NCBI GenBank assembly: GCA_951406725.2
Contig: OX597826.1
Coordinates: 31,930,001-31,994,000 of the forward strand
Length of the DNA: 64,000 nucleotides
Origin: Octopus vulgaris
Lineage: Eukaryota
Direction: 5' to 3'
The notes below the pieces were generated by a model. That model was given only the letters and a program-made list of their open reading frames with translations, made no database searches and was not told where the DNA came from. This document shows, piece by piece, positions 38,105-48,080 of this stretch. Positions within the stretch are counted from its first letter, which is position 1. Every line of letters begins with the position of its first letter. The position numbers and the translations under genes are program-made.

Positions 38105-38689
38105 ACAGAACGGACTTCTTTCAGTTTCTGACACACACACATATATATTTATGTGTGTGTGTCGTTTTGTTTGTCCACCACTACCGCTTGACAACGGGTG
38201 CTGGTTGTTTACATCCGTGGAACTTAGCGGTTCGCCAAAGAGATCGATAGAATAAACGCTATGCTTATAAATCAGTACAGAAGTCAATTCGTTCGGCTAA
38301 ACCCCTTCGAGTCGGTGCCCTAGCATGGTCACAATTCAATTGTTGAAACAAGTATACAAGATATATATAAAAAAAAACGTAGACGGGTAGATAGTTTTCC
38401 ATGTATTTAAATAAAGTTGAGTTTTGCTAGAAAAATGTCAGCATTAACCTGAATATTTTTTGTTTCTTTTTTCAGAACGAATGGTTTAGGGGTAGCTTCA
38501 ATGGCAGCCCGTTTCGGCAGCATATTTGCACCCTTCATTCTTCAGCTCTCATCCTATGCCAAATGGCTTCCTTTGAGTATCTACGGCGTTCTTTCATTTA
38601 TATCCGGCATATCTTTGCTTTTTTTGCCAGAAACAAAAGATAAAGACTTACCGCAAACATTTGAAGATTTGAATAACTGGAAAACCTGA
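18061..38689 (+). CDS. SLC22: SLC22 (MFS) organic ion transporter, gene B, about 553 aa; exons 18061-18115, 20530-20900, 22463-22566, 23999-24153, 28679-28847, 30599-30868, 33530-33744, 35965-36073, 38476-38689
   Basis: Nine exons total 1662 nt in one open frame. Motifs [47 protein letters not shown]. Cys- and N-glycosylation-rich first extracellular loop. Confidence 0.93.
19500..19850 (+). mobile_element. SINE family 2
   Basis: same family, internal (GA)n. Confidence 0.8.
19925..20140 (+). mobile_element. SINE family 1
   Basis: same head, B-box and core. Confidence 0.82.
20185..20425 (-). mobile_element. RTE-like LINE 3' end fragment
   Basis: QIILEG..KRGR..W-type C-terminal motif; (GAT)n-like tail. 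Confidence 0.5.
20530..20900 (+). CDS. SLC22: SLC22 gene B exon (TM1 plus large extracellular loop)
   Basis: [24 protein letters not shown]...C...C...C...STIVSE; CTCCAG / GTGAGT. Confidence 0.92.
21342..21616. repeat. fold-back element (arms about 127 bp); related sequence at 42235-42450
   Basis: Inner 33 bp is a perfect inverted repeat and the outer arms are diverged. Confidence 0.85.
21740..21965 (-). mobile_element. Penelope-like RT fragment
   Basis: RYVDII...[12 protein letters not shown] resembles the PLE RYVDD...N..H..I.FT.E motifs. Confidence 0.5.
22463..22566 (+). CDS. SLC22: SLC22 gene B exon (104 bp)
   Basis: [35 protein letters not shown]; TTACAG / GTAAGA. Confidence 0.94.
23100..23870 (-). 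mobile_element. cluster of SINE family 1 fragments
   Basis: several partial copies; 51-bp local tandem duplication at about 23519-23612. Confidence 0.75.
23999..24153 (+). CDS. SLC22: SLC22 gene B exon (155 bp)
   Basis: [20 protein letters not shown]...; TATAG / GTAAGT. Confidence 0.93.
24830..26376 (-). mobile_element. Penelope-like retroelement (RT plus GIY-YIG endonuclease), decayed; Cys-rich linker suggests the Neptune group
   Basis: SFDVVNL, LPFLDIL...[12 protein letters not shown]...SCHP...[37 protein letters not shown]; frameshifts and stops. Confidence 0.88.
27960..28330 (-). mobile_element. decayed mariner 3' fragment
   Basis: QHDNA and [12 protein letters not shown] motifs on the minus strand. 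Confidence 0.7.
28679..28847 (+). CDS. SLC22: SLC22 gene B exon (169 bp)
   Basis: [10 protein letters not shown]...[15 protein letters not shown]; TTTCAG / GTGAGT. Confidence 0.93.
29391..29736 (-). mobile_element. tandem dimer of about 179-bp units, each with a degenerate hammerhead motif (retrozyme / PLE pLTR-like)
   Basis: Two diverged direct repeats; minus-strand ctaataa-agagctccgctc-gaaacgt (29464-29498) and ctgaaga-agagagttgctc-gaaatat (29637-29670). Confidence 0.6.
29925..30230 (+). mobile_element. two SINE family 1 copies
   Basis: core gtcgact..gcctttcatc present twice. Confidence 0.75.
30599..30868 (+). CDS. SLC22: SLC22 gene B exon (270 bp)
   Basis: [11 protein letters not shown]...YTFIDLFKT...ICFSW; TTCCAG / GTGATT. 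Confidence 0.92.
30905..31381 (+). mobile_element. two SINE family 1 copies
   Basis: diverged heads and cores at about 30905 and 31170. Confidence 0.75.
31987..32652 (-). mobile_element. non-autonomous Mutator-like (MULE) element with tandem-repeat TIRs and 9-bp TSD
   Basis: TSD tgaaaaagt at 31978-31986 and 32653-32661; inverted subterminal arrays of about 15-bp units; internal decayed DYFE..IGR-like transposase remnant. Confidence 0.82.
33203..33448. repeat. fold-back / MITE-like palindrome
   Basis: tttaacacactcaccggtaaaatttccacttatttcatattttt is inverted perfectly around a 12-nt spacer; outer arms diverged. Confidence 0.88.
33530..33744 (+). CDS. SLC22: SLC22 gene B exon (215 bp)
   Basis: [25 protein letters not shown]...IELP...RFGHRK. 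Confidence 0.93.
33750..34255. repeat. (ATCT/ACCT)n plus (TA)n compound microsatellite right after an exon donor
   Basis: direct inspection. Confidence 0.95.
35965..36073 (+). CDS. SLC22: SLC22 gene B exon (109 bp)
   Basis: [29 protein letters not shown]; TAAG / GTAAGT. Confidence 0.94.
36525..36700 (-). mobile_element. short repeat with degenerate hammerhead motif (PLE pLTR-like)
   Basis: minus strand acac-cCgatga-aggctg...cagcc-gaGacgtt at 36607-36650; two core substitutions; abuts an (ATT)n tract. Confidence 0.55.
37040..37785 (+). mobile_element. SINE family 1 tandem array (4 units, 185-bp period)
   Basis: ttctgagttcaaattcc recurs at 37268, 37453 and 37638. Confidence 0.9.
37885..38360 (+). 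mobile_element. SINE family 2 with internal inversion
   Basis: cagaaactgaaagaagcccgttctgtaca recurs inverted at 38102-38131. Confidence 0.82.
38476..38689 (+). CDS. SLC22: SLC22 gene B terminal coding exon
   Basis: [20 protein letters not shown]...[21 protein letters not shown]-stop. Confidence 0.94.
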
Positions 38690-39169
38690 TATAGTTGTAA
38701 AAAAAAAATGCATTAAACAAAAAAAAAAGCAGGAAACTATTATTTCTTCGAATATATTGTGGAATTCTAGTTTTATTTATTCATTTTTTTAAAAATTGTC
38801 AATATGATATTTTACAATAAGTTCGAAAATACAAACTGACTGATTTCCCCCTCAATTTCAAAGCTGATAAACCAGTTTTCTAAGGCTAGTACAGGATATT
38901 GTGAGCTTCTATGTATCACAGGTCCATAGAAGAGGCCCTCTCATAATAAATAACGCAATATTCTGTGTTGTAACGCAACATTCACTTTTAGTGGGCGATA
39001 AATATTACCTTCTGATATTTCTATTTAAGACGATATCTTTACATAATTTTCTGTTATTTTTACTCTTCCTGAGCAAGTTCTGCTGCAAAATATGTAAGCA
39101 AGGAAGGTGCTGCATGGCTACGCCGGATTGTCTTTCTTTCTTTGGCGTTTTGCTTCGAGGACCAGGATG

Positions 39170-39712
39170 TTTTCTTCTTCAAGCTGTTTGACTTCTTTGT
39201 TGACTCCCGAGGTTTTCCATGCTGTTCTGTCCTCAGTTGACATCTCCCGAATCTGTATCAATGTGGCACTTGGTCTAGCTGCTCATACATGTGCCCTGAA
39301 ATCTCAGCTTCAGTCGCCATCTGGGTCTGCTAGCTTGAACCAACTCGACATATAACAGCTGTTTATAAATTCCGTTGTCATCAATCTGCTTCACATATCC
39401 GAGACATCTTCGTTTCCTTTTGCACAGAATAGTTGTAACGCTCGGAAGCGCTGCCTGTTTCAAGACTTCTGTGTTGGCTACGTTGTCTTGCCAAGTAATG
39501 CCAAGGATCTTGCGCAAGCATCTCAGATGAATGTCACTGAGTTTTCTTCTCCTTTGTCCTGTGTATCGTGTCCAGGTCTCCGATTACTAGATGAGGGTGC
39601 TCAGTGCGCATGCTCCGCAGATCCTGATCTTGGTTTTCACTGTGAGCATTCTGCTGTTTCATGCTCTTTTGATGAGTCTACCAAAAGCTGTTGCAGCTTT
39701 TCTTATCTCGAC
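39170..39712 (-). mobile_element. RTE-clade LINE 3' fragment
   Basis: RKILGITWQDNVANTEVL...CLGYV...KQLLY.EL..ASRP. Confidence 0.85.
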
Positions 39713-40064
39713 ACATACATACATACATACATACATCCCCACATACATACATACATACATACATGCATGCATGCATGCATACATACATACATACATACAT
39801 ACATACATACATACATGCATACATACATACACACATACATACATACATAGATACATACATGCATGCATACATACATACATACATACATACATGCATGCAT
39901 GCATGCATACATACATACATACATACATACATACATACATACATACATACATGCATGCATGGATGCATACATACATACATACATACATACATGCATACAT
40001 ACATACATACATACATGCATGCATACATACATACATACAGACAGACAGACAGACAGACAGACAG
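39713..40064. repeat. (ATAC/ATGC)n plus (AGAC)n compound microsatellite
   Basis: direct inspection. Confidence 0.95.
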
Positions 40065-40282
40065 AAATATACGTATTTTCTCCAACTACTAGGTTATCCC
40101 GCTCGATGATCATAGTCAACGGGAAATAACTCATACTTATATAATTTAAGAGTCGTTTCCCTTATTTTATTCAGAATTTTGGTTTTCTTTAGGATCTTAG
40201 CGTTATGAAATACATCTTTCTCTCCCTCTCTGTCTTTATCTCATTCTCTGTCTGTTTCCTCTCTCTCTCTCAATATATATTA

Positions 40283-40453
40283 CTCTTTTACTCTTTTAAT
40301 TGTTTCAGTAATTTTACTGCGGCCATGCTGGAGCACCGCCTTTAATCGAGCAAATCGACCCCGGGACTATATTCTTTGTAAGCCCAGTACTTATTCTATC
40401 GGTCTCTGTTGCCGAACCGCTAAGTCATCGGTTGTCAAGCAATGCTAGGGGGA

Positions 40454-40524
<71 letters not shown>

Positions 40525-40685
40525 ACGACAGGCTTCTTTCAGTTTCCGTCTACCAAGTCCACTCACAAGGCATTGGTCGGCCAGAGGCTATAGTAGAAGA
40601 CTCTTGCCCAAGATGCCACGCAGTGGGACTGAACCCGGAACCATGTGGTTGGTTAGCAAGCTACTTACCACACAGCCACTCCTAT
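40283..40685 (-). mobile_element. SINE family 2, near full length
   Basis: head through (gagtaaaa)n tail. Confidence 0.88.
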
Positions 40686-40735
40686 ATATATATAATTTTC
40701 AGGATCAAATGGAATAAAGGTATCTAACCCATCTG

Positions 40736-40801
<66 letters not shown>

Positions 40802-40998
40802 TTATATATATATATATAATTTTTTGCCACCCTATATTGATTAATTATGAATTTTCTGGTTAATTCCGTAATGGAATCGACGACTTATATTTGCTGCCGA
40901 TAAATTTGGCGCGAGTGCGATGATTTGAAAATTTTAGGTCAGATATTGCCGAGACAGTGATAGAAGTGCCTCGTGTAAATATCTGCTCCGATCTGGCT

Positions 40999-41104
40999 GT
41001 TCTTACTGACGAATCTATCGGCCTATGGAGGACTAGCTTGATTTTATTTAATCAGGTTAGTTTACCATTAAACAATAGATGAAACGGTGCATCGTATAAG
41101 GAAC
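40999..41104 (+). ncRNA. type I hammerhead ribozyme motif, intact core, extended stem II
   Basis: gttctta-CTGACGA-atctat...atagat-GAAA-cggtgcatcGTA-taaggaac; all three stems pair; inner hairpin actagcttgatt/aatcaggttagt. Confidence 0.8.
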
Positions 41105-41464
41105 TACAGGGTAAATGTTTTTTAAAATTTTCTCCTGGTTTGCGGAATTAATGTTGTTTTGCGGTTGAAGCTTTGGCTGTTAATTCTAGTGGGTGAATGG
41201 CCTATTATGGCCGTTCCTTGATTTTGATGATATATATATATATATATATCTACATATACACGCGCGCGGGCACACACACACACACACGCACGCACACACT
41301 TGCACGCACCCACACAAATATACATATATATATACATATGTATGTATAGGACGGGCTTCTTTCAGTTTCCATCTATCAAATCCATTCACAAGGCCAGAGA
41401 CAATAATAGAAAACACTTCTTCTCCCTCAACCAATCTTCTGGCCTTGTATCAAAGTTTGCAACC

Positions 41465-41739
41465 ATGGCCCAGTGGTTATGGTGTTGCACTCACGATCGC
41501 CAGTTCGTAGTTTCAGTTCCTAGACCGGGTGGTGAGTTGTGTTCTTGAGCAAAACATTTCCTCTCACGTTGCTCTGCGATCGCTTTGACACCTGACACAT
41601 GGTACACCGTGCACCTGTTCAGACAACATCGATTTAATGGAGTGGGGAGCTAATTAATGTAAGGCAAGCAAATCATTTGTGCAGGTCGCTCGGTAAAAGC
41701 TGGACACGCATACGTCGTCTTCGACGAGAGAGCCACCAA

Positions 41740-41740
<1 letters not shown>
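41465..41740 (+). mobile_element. tRNA-derived SINE family 4 (3' part also at about 150-300)
   Basis: A-box tggcccagtgg; body gcacctgt..cgattt.atggag shared with 155-300. Confidence 0.65.
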
Positions 41741-41806
<66 letters not shown>

Positions 41807-41807
<1 letters not shown>

Positions 41808-42079
41808 TATGTTTGACTTTTGCTTTATGTTTGTACAAGTTGGCTCCAAGTCTCACCCAGTGACCTCAAGAGACAACAGGTTGGAGGTTCACGTTGTTGT
41901 TATGCCTAGTGTGCCATATATTTGGGGGAGGGGTGTTGTACTAGTGAATGTCTAATAAATAAATTTTTTTTTTTAAATGTTTGTTTTAAACCTTGAGATT
42001 ATTTTGCGTAGGATATGAGCAGTTCCCATGAGCATTATCTTTTGAATTTCTGCCATTTTGGGGTTTCCTGGTATCTGAG

Positions 42080-42080
<1 letters not shown>
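41807..42080 (-). mobile_element. R4/Dong-like non-LTR retrotransposon extreme 3' end inside a (TAA)n tract
   Basis: EIQKIMLMGTAHILRK C-terminal motif; (ATT)n on both sides. Confidence 0.7.
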
Positions 42081-42120
<40 letters not shown>

Positions 42121-42499
42121 AGCGCCGAGCTTGCATAACCGTTAGCAAACCCGACAAAATGCTTAGTGGCGTTTCATCCGTCTTTATGTTCTGAGTTCAA
42201 ATTATGTCGATGTCGACTTTGCCTTTCATCCTTACATTTTCGAACAGGGAGCCCAGCATTCCCTGTTCGAAACATAAAGACACAGACAGTGTGTCGTATA
42301 GCCAGCTGGAAACGATGTTTCTTGGGGCTAAAACAACAGTAACATCGTCCCTTTCAAGACAACCACATTATGTTGGCAAATAGCCTTTACTTTAAAGAAA
42401 TGTCACTGAATGTCTCTCTTTGAGAGATTTAGAAATAATAATATTTCTAATGTTTTATCCTGACAATTCTTTGTTTTACAACACTGAAGAGTTACATCA

Positions 42500-43667
42500 T
42501 CACTTTTCGAAATGCAGTTCATGGTGTCTAATTATATTGTGAGTTTTCTCTTGTAAATCAATGTTTGTGAACCCATGGATAGAGAAAAAAATTCGTGTTG
42601 TTTATGAATATGAGTTTCATCGCGGAACCAATGCATCCCGTACAACTCGAAACATTAATGAAATGTTTGGTGAAGATGTGGCGAATGAGCGCACTGTATG
42701 TCGATGGTTTGAGAAGTTCCGGTCTTGTGACTTTACTCTTGAAAATCAGCCCCGTGGTAGACCTGACACCAAGGAGGGTAATGATGAGCTGGAAACTAGT
42801 GGAAGCGAATACATCTCAAACTACGCGTGAGTTAGCAGCAATTTATGATGTTTCGATTCCAGTTGTATTGGACCATCTGAAACAAATCACCAAGGTAAAG
42901 AATTTGGACAAGTGGATACCACATGAACTGAACAAGCATCAAATGACATGTCTTGAAACTTGCTGTTCCTTGCTTTCACGGCGTAGAAGTGAACCATTTT
43001 TGCATCGTATTATTACGTGTGATGAAAAATGGATTATTTTCAACAGTAGCAAGCGTTCTGCATGCTGATTGAATAGAGACGAAGTGCCAAAACACAATCC
43101 AAAACAGAATATTCACCAAAAAAGGCTAATGGTGTCTGTTTGGTAGTCCAGCACTGGTGTCATCCACTACAGCTTCATGAGACCTGGTAAATCAAATACA
43201 GCGGATGTATACATCAACCAAATGGATGAAATGATGAGTGAACTTGCAATTAAACAACCAAGATTAGTCAACAGAGACAAGCCAATTCTTTCGCAAGACA
43301 ATGCTCGACCACGTGTTGCATAAAGAACGCTACTCAAGTTCCAGGAACTGAACTTGGAAGTACTCTATCATCCACTATATTCCTCAGACCTTGCACCAAT
43401 TGACTATGACGTTTTCCAAGCATTAGAAAACTTTTAGCAAGGAAAAAAACTTCAAATCTGAAGAAGATGCTAAAACAACCTTTCGTGATTTCATTACCTC
43501 TTGCTCTCCAGATTTCTTCGTTGCCGGTATGAATAAGCTACCGATAAAATGGCAAAATTGTATTGATAACTTAGGTAATACTTTGATTCAATTGCATTGC
43601 TTTTTGTTAAAATAAAGTAAAATAAACTTTAATTTCAAAATCGAACATTCCATTCTTAATGACCTGA
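42500..43667 (+). mobile_element. near full-length mariner (DD34D) element, inactivated
   Basis: IRVVYEYEF..G..A, WFEKFRS, WIPHEL, ITCDEKW, QDNARPH, YSSDLAP; frameshifts and stops; ends in TA. Confidence 0.92.
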
Positions 43668-43711
<44 letters not shown>

Positions 43712-43713
<2 letters not shown>

Positions 43714-44140
43714 ACTCAAGATTTGTTGAAACTCCTAGAGTCCTGCATGAGTAGCGGATTTATTACCTGCAGCCTACGATACCATGCTATCTGTTATCTT
43801 CCTGATTATTCTGGCCGTGCTAAGGAAGCAAACTTTTTACAACAGCTCTACTAGGCACTCTATTCCCATTTCTTTTATATTCCTCTAGATGCCTTCTGAT
43901 ACTGTACCCAAGGACCCAACAATAATTGGCTCAATCTTCACCTTTTTCATTTTTCCCAGTCGAACTATCTCGTATTTAAGCGGATTGTATATGTCTGTAT
44001 TTTCGCGCTCCTTCTTAACTACTCGAGTGTCAAAGAACACGGTGCAGACATTATATATAAAGCAGTGAATCGGCAGAGTCGTTTGTGCATAGGAATAATG
44101 CGTTGTGGTACTTGTTCCAGCTTTTTCTTTAATTCTCACT
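43712..44140 (-). mobile_element. second R4/Dong-like 3' fragment
   Basis: LKYEIVRLGKMKKVKIEPIIVGSLG...STARIIRK; 3' end runs into (TAA)n. Confidence 0.7.
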
Positions 44141-44415
44141 GAGGTGAACTTTGTCTTTTATCTTCCCAGATGTAGCAGTCGATACAGTTTAGAGTTTCTA
44201 TTTCCTAAAAATTCAGAACTTGTGCTTACATTAAAAACCATTGTTTCTTGGTCTTTATCACCTTTCAGCAACGATGTCTCAGATATTGCAACTCTTGTCA
44301 CCGGAGGAGACCGGAATTGAAACTTTCGATCATGTTGCCAGAACACAATAAACGCAAAAGAAAACAATCCCGAAACACTGATTCTGTTTTGTTACAGATT
44401 CCTAGGATCACTGAG

Positions 44416-44453
<38 letters not shown>

Positions 44454-45276
44454 ACGTGAAGGTCAGATTAACACATACCGTTTGCATAAAGCTCTACAAA
44501 ATAATATCAGAGTCGAACTTATAATTGTTTGATCACAGCCAAAATAATCAAGAACTATTATAACTCTCTCTCTCTCTCCCTTCCCCTCTCTCTCCCTCCA
44601 TCTTCCCCTCTCTATCTCTCTTTCTCTCGCTCCAAACGACAGCGAAAACGAATTCACTTGTGCCTTAATTTGGTTCGGTAGAATTTTAGGACGTTGCTAG
44701 CGAAAGGTGAGGATCAGCGACGGAGGAACACGTTGTATTCATGCCAATGGATTTTGAAAGGAGCAACATCGATGCAACTACACTTTACGACTTCAGACTG
44801 CCTTATATCGTTGATATGGGGCACGCATTACTTCAAAGTGGGGAAACCAGTAGAAGAAAGAAAGGATTTGTGGACTGGCTTTGCCGTGAAAATATTCAAA
44901 TGATGGTTCACGAATATTTGCCAAGAACCAGCTGATATTTGTGAGCAGAAAATGAGTTTGTGAATTCCTGTCTGAAAAAGATGCGTTCTCGATGTTTATG
45001 TTCTTCTCTTCCTCATTTCTGATGTTGCAAACGACGAATTCTAGGTTTGTTTCATTGACAAAAGTTTGGAAAAATTCAAGGCTTTGGTCTGCCCAATGGG
45101 AGATTGTACCTGAAACCACGTGGTTAGTAAGTAAATTTTTCAACAGCATAGTCATACCAGTGCCAGGCCAAAATTCTTCTTGAAAGTAATATGCAGTGGC
45201 AATAACTGAATCATTCTTCAAATCCTGTGTAAATGATATTTCATCTGGATTAATACAGTACACATCTCATATCAAA

Positions 45277-47230
45277 CAGGCACGTAGCTACGGGGGTTGT
45301 CTATGGGGTGCTTAGCACCCCCAGTTAGCATCTCAGCCCCTCCACCCCCGCTAAAGATGCAATAAATTGAATTTCTTTTGATTTAGTAGCTAGTGATATG
45401 AAAATGTGGGTAATTTAGAGCTGGTCAAAATGTTTGTTCTAGCTGTAATTGTTGTCGCAGAATTGGCAGCTGACCCGGTCATCAACTATGGGTTGAATTA
45501 AGGAGTGGGTGATGCTGGGTCAGTTGTTGTTATTGTTGTTGTTGTGGTACGCGTGGTGGCGACGGCGGTGCTGGTGGTTGTCCTTGTTGCTGTTGAAAAG
45601 TTATGTGAAGAATTGTTGCTGTAGTTAGAGATTTATGGTAGTAAACGCATCACTACGCACGTATATATATATGAACAGAGACAGACATTAAAAAGTCATT
45701 TTATTTCTACTAGTCAGAGAGGATTATTAGTCGCGAAAAAGGAAAGAAAATTTTTGAAATTTCCCAAAATATACATTCAGAAAGTATTTTTCAGGTGAGA
45801 ACTTTCACTGAATAATTTTTCTTACTCTTTGAACAAAGTTTATACTGAAATTTTGTGTTTAACTAAAAAAGTATAACTTTGAAGAAATTGAAAAAAAAAA
45901 ATTGCTTGTACCGAAATCTCTTTCGAGTTTAATTTAAAAATACATAAATTTTAAGAAATTGTTACTTTTACTACGATATTCTACCTTAGAATTAATTATT
46001 GCGAATATCGGTGTCCAAAAATAATGAATCACTACCGAAAAAGAAAACTGAAGCAATCATTTCTAAATTTCCAATCTGATTCATAATGCTAAGCAGAAGA
46101 GAATTGCAAACGAAGTTTCGCAGCTCAAGGGAGGTCTTGCAAAGTATTTGACACCCTCATTGGATGATCTAGGACAGGTCGACTGCCAACCAGTGCAGCC
46201 AGTTCTAGCAAAATTTGATCCAAAAATTTATGGGATTCAGAGACGTGACTTCTCGTCAAGCTGGTATACTGGTCGTTTATGGTTAGAGTATTCTCTTTCA
46301 AAGAAAGCCTTATTTTGTTTTGCTTCTCGTCACTTTAATATTACTGCTCAAGCTGATACTTGTTTTATTTAAAATGGATATTCTAATTGGCATCATGCAA
46401 AAGAAAAAAAAAACAATGGTTTAAATAAGCACGTAAACTCTGCATCCCATATCCAAGCTATGGTAACATGGAAGGAACGCCAACAGCATTTATCCACAAC
46501 AACATCCGTGTCTTCAATCTTGCAAAATGATCAGTTGAGCAAAAACCGTTATTATATCAGTTCCATGGTTGATATTGTTCATTTTCTTTGTGCAAACGAA
46601 TTGCCTTTTCGAAGGAAACGAAAATGAAGCTTTTCGGGATCTTTATTCGGAAGATGATATGTAGCCTTGTGGTCTTTTTATGAAATTATTCCAGAACACA
46701 TTAGAGAAAGGCTCAGAGCTAATGGAATGTTACAGCACGATTCCAAAAAATGCGACATACACCTGAGCAGCAATGCAAAACGAAATAATCGAATTGTTGA
46801 GAAGACACACTGTCAGCCTTGTGGTCGATGTTTATTTGAAATTATATAAAAATAATGTTTAAAGATTTGGCTGTTATCTCTAGCATGTAGAAAGACCTTT
46901 TAGGCTATGTGCTTGTTGAAAATCATTTTTAAATATATTGGAGTCGATACATTCGACTAAAAATCCTTCGAGGTGATCCCCCAGCATGACCTCAGTCTAA
47001 TGATTGCAACAAGTAAAATGAAAATAAAAACGAAATATATCAAGTTTTGACCAGGTTAGGCGTAATGAAATGTGTAAAAAAAAAAAAACGAAAAAAATAA
47101 CCGAAAAATATAAGCATGGTACTTTTGTCCACTTTCACACTTTAAGTAGAAGCTTTTGTCCGTGCACCTGTTCAGCATCCCCAGCTCTCAAGATAGCACC
47201 CCCAGTTGCAATCGGTTGGCTACGTGGCTG
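45277..47230 (+). mobile_element. hAT DNA transposon, defective (TTF zinc finger / DUF4371, ZMYM1-like)
   Basis: 8-bp TSD atatcaaa (45269-45276, 47231-47238); TIR cag(g/c)cacgtagc; RDFSSSWY...WLEYS...FCF; ELPFR. Confidence 0.9.
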
Positions 47231-47574
47231 ATATCAAATAGCTATTTATTTAGAAAAGTGATTTCTCAGCCATTGCCAACTATTCAGGTATCTATTTATA
47301 CATCAAAGACAAGCTCCACAATGGCCATGAAGACCTATACAACAACAACAACAACAACGATAGTAACAACAATTTGTAAATGTTTTTCTCAAGCAAATTT
47401 TCAGAAGCAAACAAACAAGAAATTGAGATAAATAAAAACATAAGACGATATACAAATAATTACATTTTAATTTTATTTCTTTGCTTTAAAATCAGCCAAA
47501 TATGTACATTTGATAGCAATAACAATTGAGAACAATTTGAAAAAGTGACTGAACTTGCAATCAAACTTTCAATC

Positions 47575-47654
47575 ATATATATATATATATACATACATGC
47601 ATACATATACATATATATGTATAAATATATACATACATATACATACGTACATAC

Positions 47655-47696
<42 letters not shown>

Positions 47697-47910
47697 TATA
47701 TATACATACATATATTCATATATATATATATACTACATATATATATGCATATACATATATATATATGTATGTATATATATATATATATATATGTATGTAT
47801 ATATATATACACATATATATGTATATATACATATACACACACATATATCAATATATTTTGTTTGTGTGTTCATATGTGTGTATGTATATACATTTCCATC
47901 TATATATGCT

Positions 47911-47979
<69 letters not shown>

Positions 47980-47991
47980 GTACATATATAT

Positions 47992-48078
<87 letters not shown>
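47575..48078. repeat. degenerate (TA)n-rich tract
   Basis: direct inspection; many similar tracts between 51.7 and 64 kb. Confidence 0.9.
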
Positions 48079-48080
<2 letters not shown>

